Positions 34,250-49,200 of a DNA stretch of 64,000 nucleotides are shown piece by piece. Under the pieces are notes generated by a model. It was not told the DNA's origin and did not search any database. It saw only the letters and a program-made list of their open reading frames with translations. Position 1 is the stretch's first letter. Each line of letters opens with the position of its first letter. The stretch lies in contig OZ037769.1 of assembly GCA_964035545.1 (NCBI GenBank), positions 10,074,633 to 10,138,632 on the forward strand, read 5' to 3'. The position numbers and the translations under genes are program-made. Source of the stretch: Bugula neritina. Lineage: Eukaryota > Animalia > Bryozoa.

Positions 34250-37200
34250 TTACGTATCACAATTTTCAGTCAGTAACAAACGGATTTTACTTCCCAACTG
34301 AGCATCAGATAAGTGTTGATCAGTCACCAGGTTCATAATTGTCTCTAGTCGGCTTTGTGATGGAGACAGTTCGGCTGATTTGTTGAGATGACCTGTTGAT
34401 TCAGTGGCTGACTTGGGTGAGGGAGGGGGCGGCAGCATTGAGACTGAACATGCTCTTTCTTCATTAGCTAGATCAACGTCCGTACCATTAGCTATTCCTG
34501 TGTACAAACGTGTTCTATATATGGTAAATCACTTTCGGTAATTTCTTGGTATGAAAGATGAGCAGCAATAATCTCACCGATTAAATAAGCTACTTGACTA
34601 CGCCGTTTTCCTATTCTATTTAGTAAACTACAAGTAAAGACTATAAGTAGAATACTATAAGACTATCACTAAACTTACTATGACAATGAGATGCGCGATT
34701 CTTTACTGCACCACATTTTCCAAAAGCCTTCAGGGTTGTCGACAATTTCGGCTGTTTAATAGGTAAGAGATTAACTTCGGACTCGGTAAGTTTGGCCATT
34801 TCTCCTACAGTAGTGATGCCTTGACTGGCTAAACACTGCTTCAAGTTTCCATGCCTGTAAAAGTGCTCATAGATTTGCTTAGACAATCAAGCAGTGAGAT
34901 GCTTATTGCAGTGATATTATATGGGCTGGACTCTAAATGAACACTAGTATTTATGCAAAGCTTAATTGGGGAGTTGAGAACTATAGAAAAATGCCAATCT
35001 AAAAATTAACAGCTAAAGCATCACTCAAACAACTTACTATATTGATGGATTTATATATACACAACATACTATATTGATAGTTATATATACATACATAACT
35101 TACTATATTAATGGAGTTATATATACATAAGTTACTATATTGGTAGTTATATATACATACATAACTTACTATATTGATGGAGTTATATATACATAAGTTA
35201 CTATATTGGTAGTTATATATACATACATAACTTACTATATTGATGGAGTTATATATACATAAGTTAGACATACAACACTTACCACACAGGCGTAGTCAAG
35301 TGGCATATCATTTCTGATATGGAGACTGTTGAGTTAGTGTACTCGCCTGCTATTGGCAGTTCATCAGCCAAGTTTTGTGATTGGCTGCAGTCAAATGAGT
35401 CCTTCTGAAAACAAAGTGTTTTTTTAAGTATTTATATTATTGGGGAAAAGAGAAATTATAATTTTCATATTATTAATGATAGAAACAGAGAAACACTAAC
35501 GCGAGCCACTGTTAAACCAACAGTGTCAGTCGAAGCAGCAGTTTGCGCCAACAAGCATTACCTGAGAAATATCTGGTGAACTTTGACTTTGCTCAGTGGA
35601 AGAATACATACTCAGTAGAGCCTGATTTCTGCTTACTTTAGAAAGTCGCTTAAACTTCCTTGCTGATGAGGATTTCTCTTCAGCACCATCGGGTATGGTA
35701 AACTTCACCTTTTTAGACTGTATGACATAAAGTACATGCATATTGTTTGAATACTGAAGGTAAACAACTTTCCTGGAAACAACAATTCTGGCGCCCAATA
35801 AGAATAAACTAAAAACCCAAAGTATTCAGTATTGCCAATGTGTACTAAGTATTGCCAATGTGTACTAAGTACTGCCAATGTGTACTAAGTATTGCCAGTG
35901 TGTACTAAGTATTGTCAGTGTGTACTAAGTATTGCCAGTGTGTACTAAGTATTGCCAGTGTGTACTAAGTACTGCCAATGTGTACTAAGTACTGCCAATG
36001 TGTACTAAGTACTGCCAATGTCTACTAAGTATTGCCAATGTGTACTAAGTATTGCCAATGTGTACTAAGTACTGCCAATGTGTACTAAGTACTGCCAATG
36101 TGTACTAAGTACTGCCAATGTGTACTAAGTACTGCCAATGTGTACTAAGTACTGCCAATGTGTACTAAGTATTGCCAATGTGTACTAAGTATTGCCAATG
36201 TGTACTAAGTACTGCCAATGTGTACTAAGTACTGCCAATGTGTACTAAGTACTGCCAATGTGTACTAAGTACTGCCAATGTGTACTAAGTACTGCCAATG
36301 TGTACTAAGTATTGCCAATGTTTACTAAGTATTGCCAATGTTTACTAAGTATTGCCAATGTGTACTAAGTACTGCCAATGTGTACTAAGTACTGCCAATG
36401 TGTACTAAGTATTGCCAATGTGTACTAAGTACTGCCAATGTGTACTAAGTATTGCCAATGTGTACTAAGTATTGCCAATGTGTACTAAGTACTGCCAATG
36501 TGTACTAAGTACTGCCAATGTGTACTAAGTACTGCCAATGTGTACTAAGTATTGCCAATGTGTACTAAGTACTGTCAATGTGTACTAAGTATTGCCAATG
36601 TGTACTAAGTATTGCCAATGTGTACTAAGTACTGCCAATGTGTACTAAGTATTGCCAATGTGTACTAAGTACTGCCAGTATACACTAAGTACTGTCAATG
36701 TGTACTAAGTATTGCCAATGTGTACTAAGTACTGCCAATGTGTACTAAGTACTGCCAATGTGTACTAAGTACTGCCAATGTGTACTAAGTACTGCCAATG
36801 TGTACTAAGTATTGCCAATGTGTACTAAGTACTGCCAATGTGTACTAAGTACTGCCAATGTGTACTAAGTACTGCCAATGTGTACTAAGTACTGCCAGTA
36901 TACACTAAGTACTGTCAATGTGTACTAAGTATTGCCAATGTGTACTAAGTATTGCCAATGTGTACTAAGTATTGCCAATGTGTACTAAGTACTGCCAATG
37001 TGTACTAAGTACTGCCAATGTGTACTAAGTACTGCCAATGTGTACTAAGTACTGCCAATGTCTACTAAGTATTGCCAATGTGTACTAAGTATTGCCAATG
37101 TGTACTAAGTACTGCCAATGTGTACTAAGTACTGCCAATGTGTACTAAGTACTGCCAATGTGTACTAAGTACTGCCAATGTGTACTAAGTACTGCCAATG

Positions 37201-40200
37201 TGTACTAAGTATTGCCAATGTGTACTAAGTATTGCCAATGTGTACTAAGTACTGCCAATGTGTACTAAGTACTGCCAATGTGTACTAAGTACTGCCAATG
37301 TGTACTAAGTATTGCCAATGTGTACTAAGTATTGCCAATGTGTACTAAGTATTGCCAATGTGTACTAAGTACTGTCAATGTGTACTAAGTATTGCCAATG
37401 TGTACTAAGTACTGCCAATGTGTACTAAGTACTGCCAATGTGTACTAAGTATTGCCAATGTGTACTAAGTATTGCCAATGTGTACTAAGTATTGCCAATG
37501 TGTACTAAGTACTGCCAATGTGTACTAAGTACTGCCAATGTGTACTAAGTATTGCCAATGTGTACTAAGTATTGCCAATGTGTACTAAGTATTGCCAATG
37601 TGTACTAAGTATTGCCAATGTGTACTAAGTACTGCCAATGTGTACTAAGTACTGCCAATGTGTACTAAGTATTGCCAATGTGTACTAAGTATTGCCAATG
37701 TGTACTAAGTATTGCCAATGTGTACTAAGTACTGCCTATGTGTACTAAGTATTGCCAATGTGTACTAAGTACTGCCAGTGTGTACTAAGTACTGCCAGTG
37801 TGTACTAAGTATTGCCAATGTGTACTAAGTATTGCCAGTATGTACTAAGTATTGCCAATGTGTACTAGAGCCGTACCGAGCTTCCATCAGCAGGAGAGCC
37901 AAGATTTCTTCTTTTCAATATACTGCCAGTGGTGGGTGAATGTATAGGCGTGCAGTCCAGTTCCAGAGCTTCAATGTTCAGTCTGCAAAGAAAACCAGCA
38001 GGTGAACCAAGAGCTTGCAGCTGTTAGTGTCACTAGTGAGTGACACGGGACAGTTAAACAGAGATAATAGCAAAAGGCACTAGTCTTTCACTCTCATTTC
38101 AACTCACTAAATAAATTGGTTTGATAAAACACAAAAAGAAATTCGAGAAACTCAAATAAGATGACCTTTTCTCATCGTAGTTACTCTGATAAAACTGTAG
38201 CAGAACTCACTTGTGAGACCTGGGCGTCACTGACAATGTCTCCACTGGGTTAACATGTCCACTATTACCAGTACTGTGAGAATTAGCCTTGGATGATATA
38301 GATCTAGCCAAAATCTGAGAGGATCGAGATGAAAGTAATAACATTTTCTACAAAACATAGCAGAAAAAGAATTGAAGGAGCATAATAGCAAATATTCGAT
38401 TTGATGGGCCAATATTACAATTAAATCAGTACTTCGTTGTTCACACATTACTAGTTACTAAGTACTAGCAACTACAATCAGCTGCTAACAACTAACTACT
38501 AGCTACTAGCAGTTACATGCATACAATAGTTAATTATTTTAGATGCACATACCTGAGCTCTACTTGGACTAGGAGTTGGTTTATTATCCGTGTTACTCTT
38601 GATCAACTTTTCAGATGGTCTTGTTTTAGGTGTGGAACTCGGCGAAGGTATTGACTTTGCCTCAGCAGGAGAAGCAATTAAAGCCTTTCGGTTGGGAAGC
38701 TGATCAGGGACCTTCAGAGTTGAATCAGTTTCACATACCACCAACTTGGATCTTTCTGCCAACTCTTCACGTTGCTTAGGTATTTCAGGATTAGAGGCAT
38801 TATGGCATTCAAATGGTTTAGCAGAATCTTTTTCTTTTTCCTGTGAGTCAATATCTACAATATCTGCTTGACTTTCAACTAGCTGCTCACTAGTATTATC
38901 AGAAGCAGGGACACTATCCAGTATATCAGACGAAGGTATACTGTCACTGGGAGTGCATACAGCACTGCTTTCATCGGACACAGATTCTCTAGAATTGTGA
39001 GGCGATGTTATATTTTGTCCCAACTGCATGGTGTCCACATCAGAAGTGTTAACTATTGTATGGTGAGAATTTATCTGCAAAAGCTCCATTTCTGTATCAG
39101 ATTGACAGTTGCTTTTGTCATTTCTAGCAGCTGTAGGCATCAAACTATTACCAACTTCTTCATTTGTACTTGAATGCAAGTTTTTTACACTGCTACTAGA
39201 TCCTACACCACCTATCAACTCATTATCAATAACGGTATTACTGGGTGGTGAAGCGATAATTTGCTTTTGAACATCATCAGAGTTTATTTTATGACCATCA
39301 GAACATTGTCCTGAAGAAGAATCTCCTTTTCTTTCCTGGGATGACAAAGTTTTACTATTTTTCAAAAGTGACATTTTGCCTATGGCACCCAACACAAAAG
39401 TGGAACTTTTCTCTCCAACATTATTCGTCTGTGACTCATATTTATCAGAATTTTCCTCAGATGTTTTCGAAAGCTGATTCGAAGATAGCAAATTGCCAGC
39501 AGCATCATTTGTGATGGAGATGCGAGGTGGTATTGGAGTTATTACACTTGAATTTGTCGTTGAGCTACCAGATAAAGTAGCAAATTGCAGAGAATTTTCA
39601 TTTACTGCGCAGCTGTTAGCTTCAAGGTCTGGAGGAGTTGAAAGAACTTCGTCACTAAAAAGTGAGTCTGTAGACAAAAGAGCACCAGAAAGCGATTCTT
39701 GAGGTGGTGTGACAGTCCCCGTTTGTCCACCATCTGTTGTGATGTCAGAGTGTTGCAGCTCTCTACAGATACCCTCGCTGCTGCAGGACTCAGCAGTTAC
39801 TAAATCATCTGGAGATTTGCAATCAGCTGAAGATGTAGTTGGAACTGGATTGTCCTCTTTTTGTGTCTCTAAAGAACTGCCGCCATCACTATGGAGCTCA
39901 AAAGCCACAGAACCATCACACAGCTCTTGCGTTTCTTGAGATTCACAAAAATCATCACCAGATCTTATCACCACTGACTTCTTCGACTTGATCACTTTAA
40001 CATCATTCAATTTTATTAATTTTTTCCCAGTATTGGACACCATCTTTACCCGAACACTTCTAGATACACTGGAGGTATACTCAGCCAAAGATGCTAGACT
40101 AGCACATACATTATTGTCTATTCGTTTCTTCCTAGACTTTCGCTGGCTGCCAGTTTCTGAAGATTGAGAAGACTCCTGACTCTGGCTGGACCCAGAGAAA

Positions 40201-43200
40201 ACTTCTGATAGATTCAACTTATTCATAGCTTTAGACTTACGACCCAGTTTTCTCTGCTGTGTGCCTGTAGAAGGTAGACTTTCCTGAGAGTTAAAGTCCG
40301 ACCCAGGCGTGACAGCAATGTTATCAGTTAACAAGACAGAACAACTCCGCAGCTGATATTGTAGAGATTTTTGAGGACAGTCCCTTTCAGAGGTGAGAGC
40401 TAGAGGAGTGGCAGGCTGAACACGGAATCTTTCCTCTAATGCCTACAATAGTGGGTCACCAATACAAGTAACACTCCATCAGTTCAAACATGGTCATATG
40501 AAACCAACAAAGCATAATTATTCTTCAGACTAAATAAATAAACACATACATATATGTTACTGTGGTCATAACACATGGTATATAATCTTGATATTACCCA
40601 TATTACAACGGTCACTAGTTTCATATCAACTCAGGAATGAACCTACTAAAGGACTGGAAACAGGGTAACCAGGGGTGTCTACCAGCAGTCTTCTCTTTGA
40701 CTGTTTAGGCGTGGTGTCGGGAGCATGTGGTTGCTGATAGGTTGGTTTACTAATAGAGCTGTCCATTTCAGCAGATATTTGCAGAGAAGTTTCTGACTCT
40801 GGCCAATCCTCTTCACACTGACTGATAATCTACATGGTAAAATAGAGCTATGAGCCTACGCACGGAAATCTATAACAACAATATATTAGTGTCCCAATGA
40901 ACGGAGGTTTTTGTGGTGAGCACAACTTTTAATATAAAACAGATGAACTTTAATAATATGATCCGAGCCTATCCTGTACCAGTGGGTTGATGAATTGAAT
41001 ATGGGGTGCCAACCTGAGAAGATTCTGGTGAGGAGTCAATAGTTTGACTGGGTGAATCAGCAACTTCAATTGACCTCTTTCTGCCAGCTGGGGAAACACG
41101 TGACCTGTTGAAATTGCATAACACAATAAAAGCATGCAAGGCGTTGCGACTTGAGACGAAATCATAGAATACACAACTGAATGTTAGTGGAGTGCAAATG
41201 TTTGCCAGGTCAATATTATATCTGGTGGGCAGAAACGACTATAGCCTCTGCGAAGTTTGATGCGAGTCTGAAATACGGACCTGAAAACAGTTTCGCTGTA
41301 AGAGTTTTCATTGTAGTAAAGAGAAGAGAGCCAACAACTTTAGAGAGAACGGCAAAAAATGAAAAGTTCAGGCAAAGTAAAAATGGCCAGGTTCCTCGAG
41401 TGTCCTCTCTACTGCAGCAGCCTTCACTCTGACTTAGAGCAACATGTGAACTACGTTTCATATGTAAAATTTGCAAAAAAGGAGCATAAATTATTGCTTA
41501 ATGCATAGTATATTGTTAGAAATTTTTCTGAACTACCAAACATATATAATGATAAAAAAGTTGCACTAGAAAAGTATTTATTTGGACTTTATGAAACACG
41601 GAACTTTTACCAGATACAAAGGTTTGTTAATTCCAGCGTGATTTTTAGTTTAAAAGTTCAATCAGTTTTCTTGCATCATAAAAGCAATTTGTCAAAAATT
41701 ATGGAATTGTGAACACAGTGTCAGGCATTTGCAGTATACGGGAATGGTAACTATCTGATTAGCTAGCAGTATTTAACATTACTTTGTATATTAAATTACT
41801 TACTCAAAAGATGTTAAACATAAATATATCCAATTTAAGTCAAAGTTTTAAATGATTAAATTAGCCATCATCCTTTTTAGCCATTTGTTGATATGAAAAC
41901 CTGAATCATGTGACTAAATAAAAACTACAAACGATTATGTCACTAAGTTATATAACTCACTTGGTGCTCGAACTGTTCGTCGCTGTCCAACTCTCAGGAG
42001 AGACAACTTTTGAACTGATGACTTTTATTGTTGGTTTGCACGGAGATGTTGAAATAAGTTGACGCCTGCTAACAGTTCTTAGTGGTGACCTGCGTATCAA
42101 GCATAATGATAGGTAAGTATAATAAGAGGTAAGTATAATGAGAGGTAAGTATAGTGACAGGTAAGTATAATGAGAGGTAAGTGTAATGAGAGGTAAGTGT
42201 ATTGACAGGGAAATATAATGAGAGGTAAGTATAATGAGAGGTAAGTATAATGAGAGGTAAGTATAATGAGAGGTAAGTATAATAAGAGGTAAGTATAATG
42301 AGAGGTAAGTATGATGAGAGGTAAGTATGATGAGAGGTAAGTATGATGAGAGGTAAGTATGATGGGAGGTAAGTATGATGAGAGGTAAGTATGATGAGAG
42401 GTAAGTAGAACAACAGGTAAGTGTAATGAGAGGTAAGTATAATGAGAGGTAAGTGCATTTAAAGGTAAGTGTAATGGAAGTTGTGAATCACAAAGAGCTT
42501 ACAAGAGCAGACTTACTTAGGAGACTTTACAAGTCTTCTGGAGGACAAAGGAGTGACGGGCTTCCAAGAGCTCAGATTCTTGGCTATAAGCGGTGAGTTT
42601 GTACTTCCTGAAGGTGGAAGACCGGTCACCTTTGGTGACCAGTTCAACTCAGCTCTTTTGCTTTCTATCACGCCTCTAAGCATGGTAAAAATGGTATTGA
42701 TATATTATAAAGAAAGGACACTGTGCCACATATATAGAGCACTGTGTCAGACATGTCATATATAGAGCACTGTGTTAGACATGTCATATATAGAGCACTG
42801 TGGCACACTTGTCATATATAGAGCACTGTGTCAGACATGTCATATATAGAGCACTGTGTCAGACATGTCATATATAGAGCACTGTGTCAGACATGTCATA
42901 TATAGAGCACTGTGTCAGACATGTCATATATAGAGCACTGTGTCAGACATGTCATATATAGAGCACTGTGTCAGACATGTCATATATAGAGCACTGTGTC
43001 AGACATGTCATATATAGAGCACTGTGTCAGACATGTCATATATAGAGCACTGTGGCACACTTGTCATATACATTGTTTCTTACCCAAAAGCATGACACAT
43101 ATCATCTGAGGCATATTTATGCAGGGAGTTGGTCCAAAGTAGGACAGTAGTTTTCCGAAATGCTGAGTTGGGATGCTGAAGGGTAACAGAAAGGAGGGGT

Positions 43201-46200
43201 TCAATGAGCTGTAAGAAGGGAGGTGTCAACCGCTCTTCCAACATTTGCAGACTATCAGATACAGTTCTCCATATACTCAATACCTACAACCAGTGCACCT
43301 CTCAATAACTTAGTTACCATTAGCTTATGATAAGCAGCTAATAAATTTACCAATACATAAAATAATATTGCTGCCTCTGTAGGGTAGAGAGATGTACTTT
43401 ATTGCTCAGCAGGTTTGGAATATGATTGCTTGTCCTCCAATCAGACCACACAGCTCAGCAATTCTATTGGTCAAACACGCAATTCTCAACCCACCACTGT
43501 TGAAATGGTTCATTTTTTTAAAACTCTGTTCTAAGTCTAGACTTCGGAGTTCAGACTAATTGAATAAAAATACTATCTAGATATAATTTTGTAACATGCA
43601 TTTATACACTGTATGCTACAGCACTAGTATACCATAAGCCTTGTACTATGTTTGCTAAAAAATTTGGTTTAAAAAATAGAAACCTGGACAGATGTGTAAG
43701 CTGCACTGCTTTAACCTCTACATACAATGAGTTATTTTTAATGGCACAACCCTTTTACAAAAGTTATGCAGTGCAAAAAAGCTAAACCCCATTATTAATG
43801 AAGTTGTTCAACATGAGATGAGCTATACCCTGTATTATTGAGTAGTACTGTAATACTCACAATACACTCTGTATTATTGAGTAGTAGCCTACTGTAATAC
43901 TCAGAATATACCCTGTATTCTTGTGTAGTACTGTTACTCTCAGAATATACCCTGTATTCTTGCGTAGTACTGTAATACTCAGAATATACCCTGTATTCTT
44001 GCGTAGTACTGTAATACTCAGAATATACACCCATAACCTACCTGAGGGTTGTCCAGCTGAAATAACTTGAGAAGATCGTTGGATGCAGATTTAAGGAAAG
44101 ACATAACGACTGTAGGGGAAAACCTGGATACCAGGGCACGGTATATGGGAACAAACGGCTCTACATCAAGTGACGTTGCAGCCTGTAAACAAATCAAGAT
44201 TGTCAGAGAGATATTGTTCAACATGTAATTATAGTATGTGAACAACTAATTAATAATGTACAAATACACATTATTTCAAATATGATTGGTTAAAGTAAAG
44301 TTGTGCCTGATAGTAACGAAACTATATAGCTTAAAAATAATAACCCATTTGAATTGCAATACCTGTGAAATTGATGGTCTCACGGCAGTAGCAAGGCACT
44401 TCACTATCAGGGGTAGAAAGGAGGTAGTATTAGCAGTTATGGATGACTCCATCTGCACAACTTCTAGCACGTTGTTGATGTACGTTAATATCAGAGCAGC
44501 CGACCAAGTTGGATGGCAGCCTTTTGTAACAAGCTGTCCAATGCATTCCCTGAGCCTAACAGACGTACACAAACTGCGTTCAGAGATTTGATGAACCAAC
44601 TGCAATATTTCACAGCCGACTTTATACTGTATCACAAATAAAGCTAGGACTTCATTAAACTACACTGAAAGACTCACTCACCTGGATGAGAGTTCCTCTC
44701 CCTGGGGTGAAGATTTCACACCCCGAGATGAAGAGATTGCACTGCTCTGCTCTTTCTTCAACGAGCACCACAGTACTTCCAGCAAACACACAGCTGGGTT
44801 TTTCTACAACAAAATGATTTTTAACATGCTGTTGGCAAAACGGTAAAGGTCGGTAATTCAGAATTCAGGCGACTGACACATTTTTAAAAAACCTTAAAAA
44901 ATACCATCTTAATAATAAGTACTAAGGTATATGAAAGTTCCAGGTTAACATTGAAATAGCAGCTACCATATTAGAATTCAATTTTAACATTGAAATGGCA
45001 GCTTACCATAATAGAATTGATCTCTGAAGGTGTGTAAATAGCAGATGAGAGGATATTCACGGAGAAGTCAGTCAGTGGCATCACAAGTTGCTAGAAATAC
45101 ACGGATTCAAGATTCAAGGTCTTCTACTAATCAGCATGTGTTAGTCACGAGGTTGAATATTACGGAATCCACTCAACATCAAGAACGTGTGGAAAACAAA
45201 TTCTTAGCTATACAAGAGCAAAAACTGCCACTATCTGAAGTTAACTTGAACCTTTCAATATCATTTTTGCACAATTGTTTATCTTAATGGATTAATGGAG
45301 AAACACGTCATCAGTGCACTCAAAGTTCTGATGATACAGAAGTTTGCAGCGACAGAAGACGTTTAGAAAAACCTACTATAGACCCAACTGTTTTCAAGAT
45401 TTCAACAACACTTGATTTAAAGCAATTAAAATATTTTTGATAATATTATAAATATATTGAATGCAAATCAACTGTTGTTTGCCTGCTCTTGTAGTTGAAT
45501 TATACAAAAATAACTTGAGTGATAAAAAATATAGAAAGAAATTATCTCTATTGACTTGTTACATTGATCTATTGTTAGTCTAGACATTATAATTAGTTTA
45601 AATTTTGTCAACATCATATTTTTGAGAAGAATTTTAGTATGAAACAGATAAAAGTGACAGACTGCAGGCTATAATGCTTGGAGTTGCACTTTCTTTAATC
45701 TGAATTGCTTTTTCAGAAAAAAATTAAAATTCACCAGAACATACTTATGTCTAGCATCTGGTCTAATGAGGGAACAAATCAGTAGTAAAGGAGACCTTCA
45801 ACTTACAAGTACAAAATCTAATGAGCTGTGATGCTTGTGTCTAATAGCAATTGAGACCGACATCTTAATCAACTCTCTTAGAAGCTGATTGTCAGCTAGC
45901 TTTTCTTCAGATAATTCTACTGTATGCTTTACCAGCAGTGAGAAAGATTTCAACAGCAAGTTCATCATATCACCTACAGCATCACACATCGATAATAAAG
46001 GCAACATTATATTACACATGCACGCACACATATATATATAGTTAGTAAAGTTCTCCGCAATATATACACACAAACACACACAATTCTAATATATGCTGAC
46101 AACAGAAAAACAGCACACCACTCTCAGCACAATCCTAACAAAAGATTTTGTAGCAGGGAATGAAAAAGATGTAAATACATTAAACAGAATTCTGACATCT

Positions 46201-49200
46201 AATGCACAGGATAGAAGAATGATTGACTAAGGCATCAGGGCTGTGTGTATGCTAACCTTTACTGTCAGCAGATGAATGGGATTTAAGGTACTTCATGGAC
46301 TCATCAAGACTTTGAAACAACACTTTTGCACAGTGCTTTAAAATTGGTTTACTCAATTCTATATCTCTTTGTGTTGTTCCTGCAAATCAAATATAAACAC
46401 TTTTTTACTTGAATTAAATTAATTTTCAGTACGGTGGTAGACGCCAGAGCACGATGAAAATTTTGAACCCTTGCATTTTCTACGAGGAAATGCTGCATGT
46501 TCTACAAGGAAATTATTATATGTATTGCAAACTTTGCAAGTTTTCTTAATAGCTCGGAACAATATCCCAAGATGTTGTGATTAGAAAACATTAACCATTG
46601 GCTCTATTTCTTATTTCATTATTTGAAGAGATAGGAGACACCTAAACAAGAATTATCTTTCCATGAAAACCACTAGTTTCAATAAACAAAAACCTTGAAA
46701 GCAGCCATGAACTTACCAAGTTGAATTTCCTCCATGTAAGGAGGGTCATACTGTCCCAGGAACTGAAGTGTGACAGCAACAAGATGGTTGATGAGTAGAG
46801 GACTGCGACTGTCGTTAACCAAAGACTTTTCTGCCATATTTCGAGACTTCAAACCTGTATGTTTACATAAGTTATACTTAGTGCCTTACATTACCTGGAG
46901 ATATAATATACTAGGTATTTCACTAGAGTAGTAGTGCAATACCTGGAGGTATAATAAACTAAGTATTTCACTAGAGTCGTACTTTACATTACCTGGAGGT
47001 GGTAGGGCGGATGAAGAATTATCGGCAAGGCAAAACTCTAGAAGTGGTTTACAAACCTGTAAAAACACAAAATTTTGCAACCTTGATATGAACACTTTCA
47101 ATATAGGACAGAAAACTAATTTTCAGAATATAAAATGAGCTTGTGCATCACCTCGTAGGAATTTAAAATATCTGAGCTAATATTAAATCACTTGTAAAGA
47201 AGACATGTTAGTTTTAAAAAATAACTCTTTTTGAATAAAATTGAGAACAAAAATAATTAAAAAATCTATTCAATTAGTCACAGTAACGTGGTCTATCAGT
47301 CCAAACTAATAAACTCACTGTTAGTAATATTCAATCTGCAATAAATCAGTGATGCCAGCCAATGCCGCTATAGTATCTACTCAACAGTATATAGGCTACG
47401 CAACAGTATATAGGCTACTCAACAGTATCTACTCAACAGTATATACTCAACAGTATATACTCAACAGTATATACTCAACAGTATCTACTCAACAGTATAT
47501 ACTCAACAGTATATACTCAACAGTATCTACTCAACAGTATCTACTCAACAGTATCTACTCAACAGTATATACTCAACAGTATATACTCAACAGTATATAC
47601 TCAACAGCATATACTCAACAGTATCTACTCAACAGTATCTACTCAACAGTATCCACTCAACAGTATCCACTCAACAGTATCTACTCAACAGTATATACTC
47701 AACAGCATATACTCAACAGTATCTACTCAACAGTATCTACTCAACAGTATCTACTCAACAGTATCAACTCAACAGTATCCACTCAACAGTATATAGGCTA
47801 CTCAACAGTATCTACTCAACAGTATCAACTCAACAGTATCCACTCAACAGTATATAGGCTACTCAACAGTATCTACTCAACAGTATCAACTCAACAGTAT
47901 CTACTCAACAGTATCAACTCAACAGTATCTACTCAACAGTATATACTCAACAGTATCTACTCAACAGTATCAACTCAACAGTATCCACTCAACAGTATAT
48001 ACTCAACAGTATATACTCAACAGTATCTTCTCAACAGTATCTACTCAACAGTATATACTCAACAGTATCTTCTCAACAGTATATACTCAACAGCATATAC
48101 TCAACAGTATCTACTCAACAGTATATACTCAACAGTATCTTCTCAACAGTATATACTCAACAGTATCTACTCAACAGTATATACTCAACAGTATCTACTC
48201 AACAGTATCTACTCAACAGTATATACTCAACAGTATCTACTCAACAGTATATACTCAACAGCATATACTCAACAGGAATGGTATTGAAACTAACCGCTAT
48301 TTTCGGTTTTATTATTTTACTTTGCTAACAATTCTTTATATAATATAAATATGAGTGATAAATGTACTTCTGTGAAATGCTGTTGAATAGATGAGTCCAT
48401 TCTTCTGATTAGAAGCCACCAACAGTTGAACCTGGCTTTGAGAGAGAGCACATCATCAGACCTGTTACTCTTGGTCAACGGAACTATAAGAGGCTTTAGG
48501 AGTTGTGGTCTCAATAAATACTCTATAAAACACACCCTTTTATTACTACAAATTTTAGCTGGAAATAAACCATAATTTTATATGAAGTTCTTATCAAATT
48601 ACACACCTCAATATATAGGTAGTTATTGTACATGTTACGAATAAACTAACATCCATTCAATCTACTTTCATAACATATATAACCATAGATATATAATAGC
48701 TATATATTATATACAGTATATTCGCATATTACGTCAATGCATTTTTTTAATGTTTGGAAACAGCCGCATCGAATGAAAATTTTATAGCCATAAGCTCATG
48801 CAAGCTACAAATTCACCTATACGAGCATCCATCCATCCGCTTATTTTGAAGTAATAGAAAAGCAGTGAATATACACGTATACGTAGAAATAAACGTTTGT
48901 TTAATATCTACACCATAATTGACAAGCACAGTCGCTTAGTATCACTATCAATTGTGTAATAACTTACAACTAAGTCCTGCATACAATTGGAACTCACCAA
49001 CAGAAAAAGTGTTGATCAACAGTTTCCATGCTTCAAATGCTGCAGCTTGTCTCTCAGAGTAATTCTTGCTGAATGCTTTGGTCATAGCAGACATGAAAAG
49101 GTTTGTAGTGCTAATGTTCTCTAATTTATCAGCCATTATTAGAATGAGAAGCCCCCAAAACTTGATGGCAAAAATCTTACTGGCTTCATCATAGTACTTG

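Noticed and set aside
35828-37867. Regular arrays as CRISPR-like loci
   Set aside because: Units are contiguous with no unique spacers, there are no cas genes, and the context is a eukaryotic intron.
47349-48287. 312-aa repetitive ORF (TQQYLLNSIYSTV)
   Set aside because: Translation of a 14-bp minisatellite antisense to RIF1; no splice or domain support.
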